A stretch of 64,000 nt of DNA, from assembly GCA_964106645.2 (NCBI GenBank), contig OZ067046.1. One strand, 5' to 3'. The position numbers were made by a program, and so were the translations under genes. The notes under the pieces are model-generated. The model ran no database searches and was not told where the DNA came from. It worked only from the letters and a program-made list of their open reading frames with translations. Positions within the stretch are counted from its first letter, which is position 1; each line of letters begins with the position of its first letter. Shown in pieces: positions 62,807-64,000 of this stretch. The DNA is from Podarcis pityusensis. Its lineage: Eukaryota.

Positions 62807-64000
62807 TATAGAACTTTTATGAAAGAAAAAGAGAGACAAAAGACAGAGAAAATACAGCCAAGGGAAAACTTATTGTATGATTACATGTACAACTGGACCA
62901 AGAATTTTTTTCTGCAGTGTGCTCCTAATGTGCATATACACTCCTGTGCACTGGGGAAAAACCTACACTCAAAGAATCTTGGTGCAATTGTACCCAGAAT
63001 TTGTGCTGTGCTTTATTAATGCGCATGCACACAGCCATAGTGTGTACATGTGCAAATTCATAGAAACTGAAAGAGCAAGCATTATGGCAAACTCTACATG
63101 CACAATGCTCCATATAAAATTAAGAATTTGTGGGACAATTTAGATGAGGAGAATTTGAGAAGCATTCCAGGCCTCAGTGTGGGGAGAAGTTTCTCTCAAC
63201 ACTTCCGGTGCATGCTGTTATATCCCTCCAGGAGTCCTTGCCAAGTTGCCACATTTCATTTATTTCTAAAATTTGACAGCAACCTTATTTTCAGGTGGAA
63301 ATGCAATTAGCCTATTTTCGCTTTGCCTTAAATACTGCTTGAAATGAAATGGGTGAAAAGCCAGTATCTCCAGCCACTGTTCCTACATCCCATTTTGTTT
63401 GCTCCGGGAGAATTGGAAAGAACAATAGCAGACAAAATGCTAAACTGAATTTCGTTAACAGGAGCTTTTATGAATAAAAAGTCTTGAGATATTATTTTTT
63501 TTTAAGAAAAAAACTGCACGTGGGAACACAATGTAGAATCACATACAATAGAAAGTCATTTTCCTGTGAATAGTAGAAATCGCTCCATTTTCCTCTGTGC
63601 TGCCTTGCTGCAGACAGAAACATGATCTCATATCGGTTTCACCAACAGGCTTCGTTTTCCTCCCATGCAAAACCAAAAGTGTGTGTGTCTTGGGGGAGGG
63701 AAATTGCTAAACTTCCCAACAGGGCTCACACATGTGAAGATTTTTGAATTAGCTCTGATAACCTAGGTTGTGTTTGACTAAAACTGGAGGTTAGGCTCTA
63801 CTGTCAGCCTCAGACTTACTTTTGCACCCTAAATGGTGTGAAAAGGGGAGGGAGCCGAATAGTGGCAGAAGTGCTAATGCATTTTGTTTGAAGTGTGGAT
63901 ATGAGAATGGAAATACGAGCTGGAGTGCAACGATGTAGAAAGGCATAAAAGCAAGCTTCTTGGCCTTATTTTCCTTTAGTGGAAAAATAATTATAACTCT

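Overview
Eukaryotic, repeat-rich, essentially non-coding vertebrate DNA. The repeats (Sauria SINE, Bov-B/RTE, L2, CR1, L1, CORE/MIR-type and other tRNA-derived SINEs, Tc1/mariner-pogo and hAT MITEs) point to a squamate, most likely a lacertid lizard. I can identify no host protein-coding exon with confidence. The only recognisable protein homology lies in dead LINE fragments (Bov-B and L2 reverse-transcriptase C-termini). A CpG island at about 42.4-43.75 kb carrying (CAG)9 is probably a promoter. Several unique-sequence ATG-to-splice-donor segments on the minus strand could be alternative exons of a large gene, but I cannot name the gene and chance is not excluded. The best-supported unusual structures are: a three-level nested insertion (hAT MITE > Sauria SINE > solo LTR, 24.6-25.9 kb); a compound Sauria SINE double insertion with a triplicated target site (57.7-58.15 kb); a Tc2-like MITE carrying a ~119-bp GC-rich minisatellite (4.7-5.6 kb); Tigger-like MITEs carrying NRF1/ETS motifs; an orphan L1-like 5'UTR; and an RTE-derived ends-only element. 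I found no CRISPR array, rRNA, true tRNA gene or demonstrably novel biological system. Family names come from recalled consensus resemblance, not from a database search.
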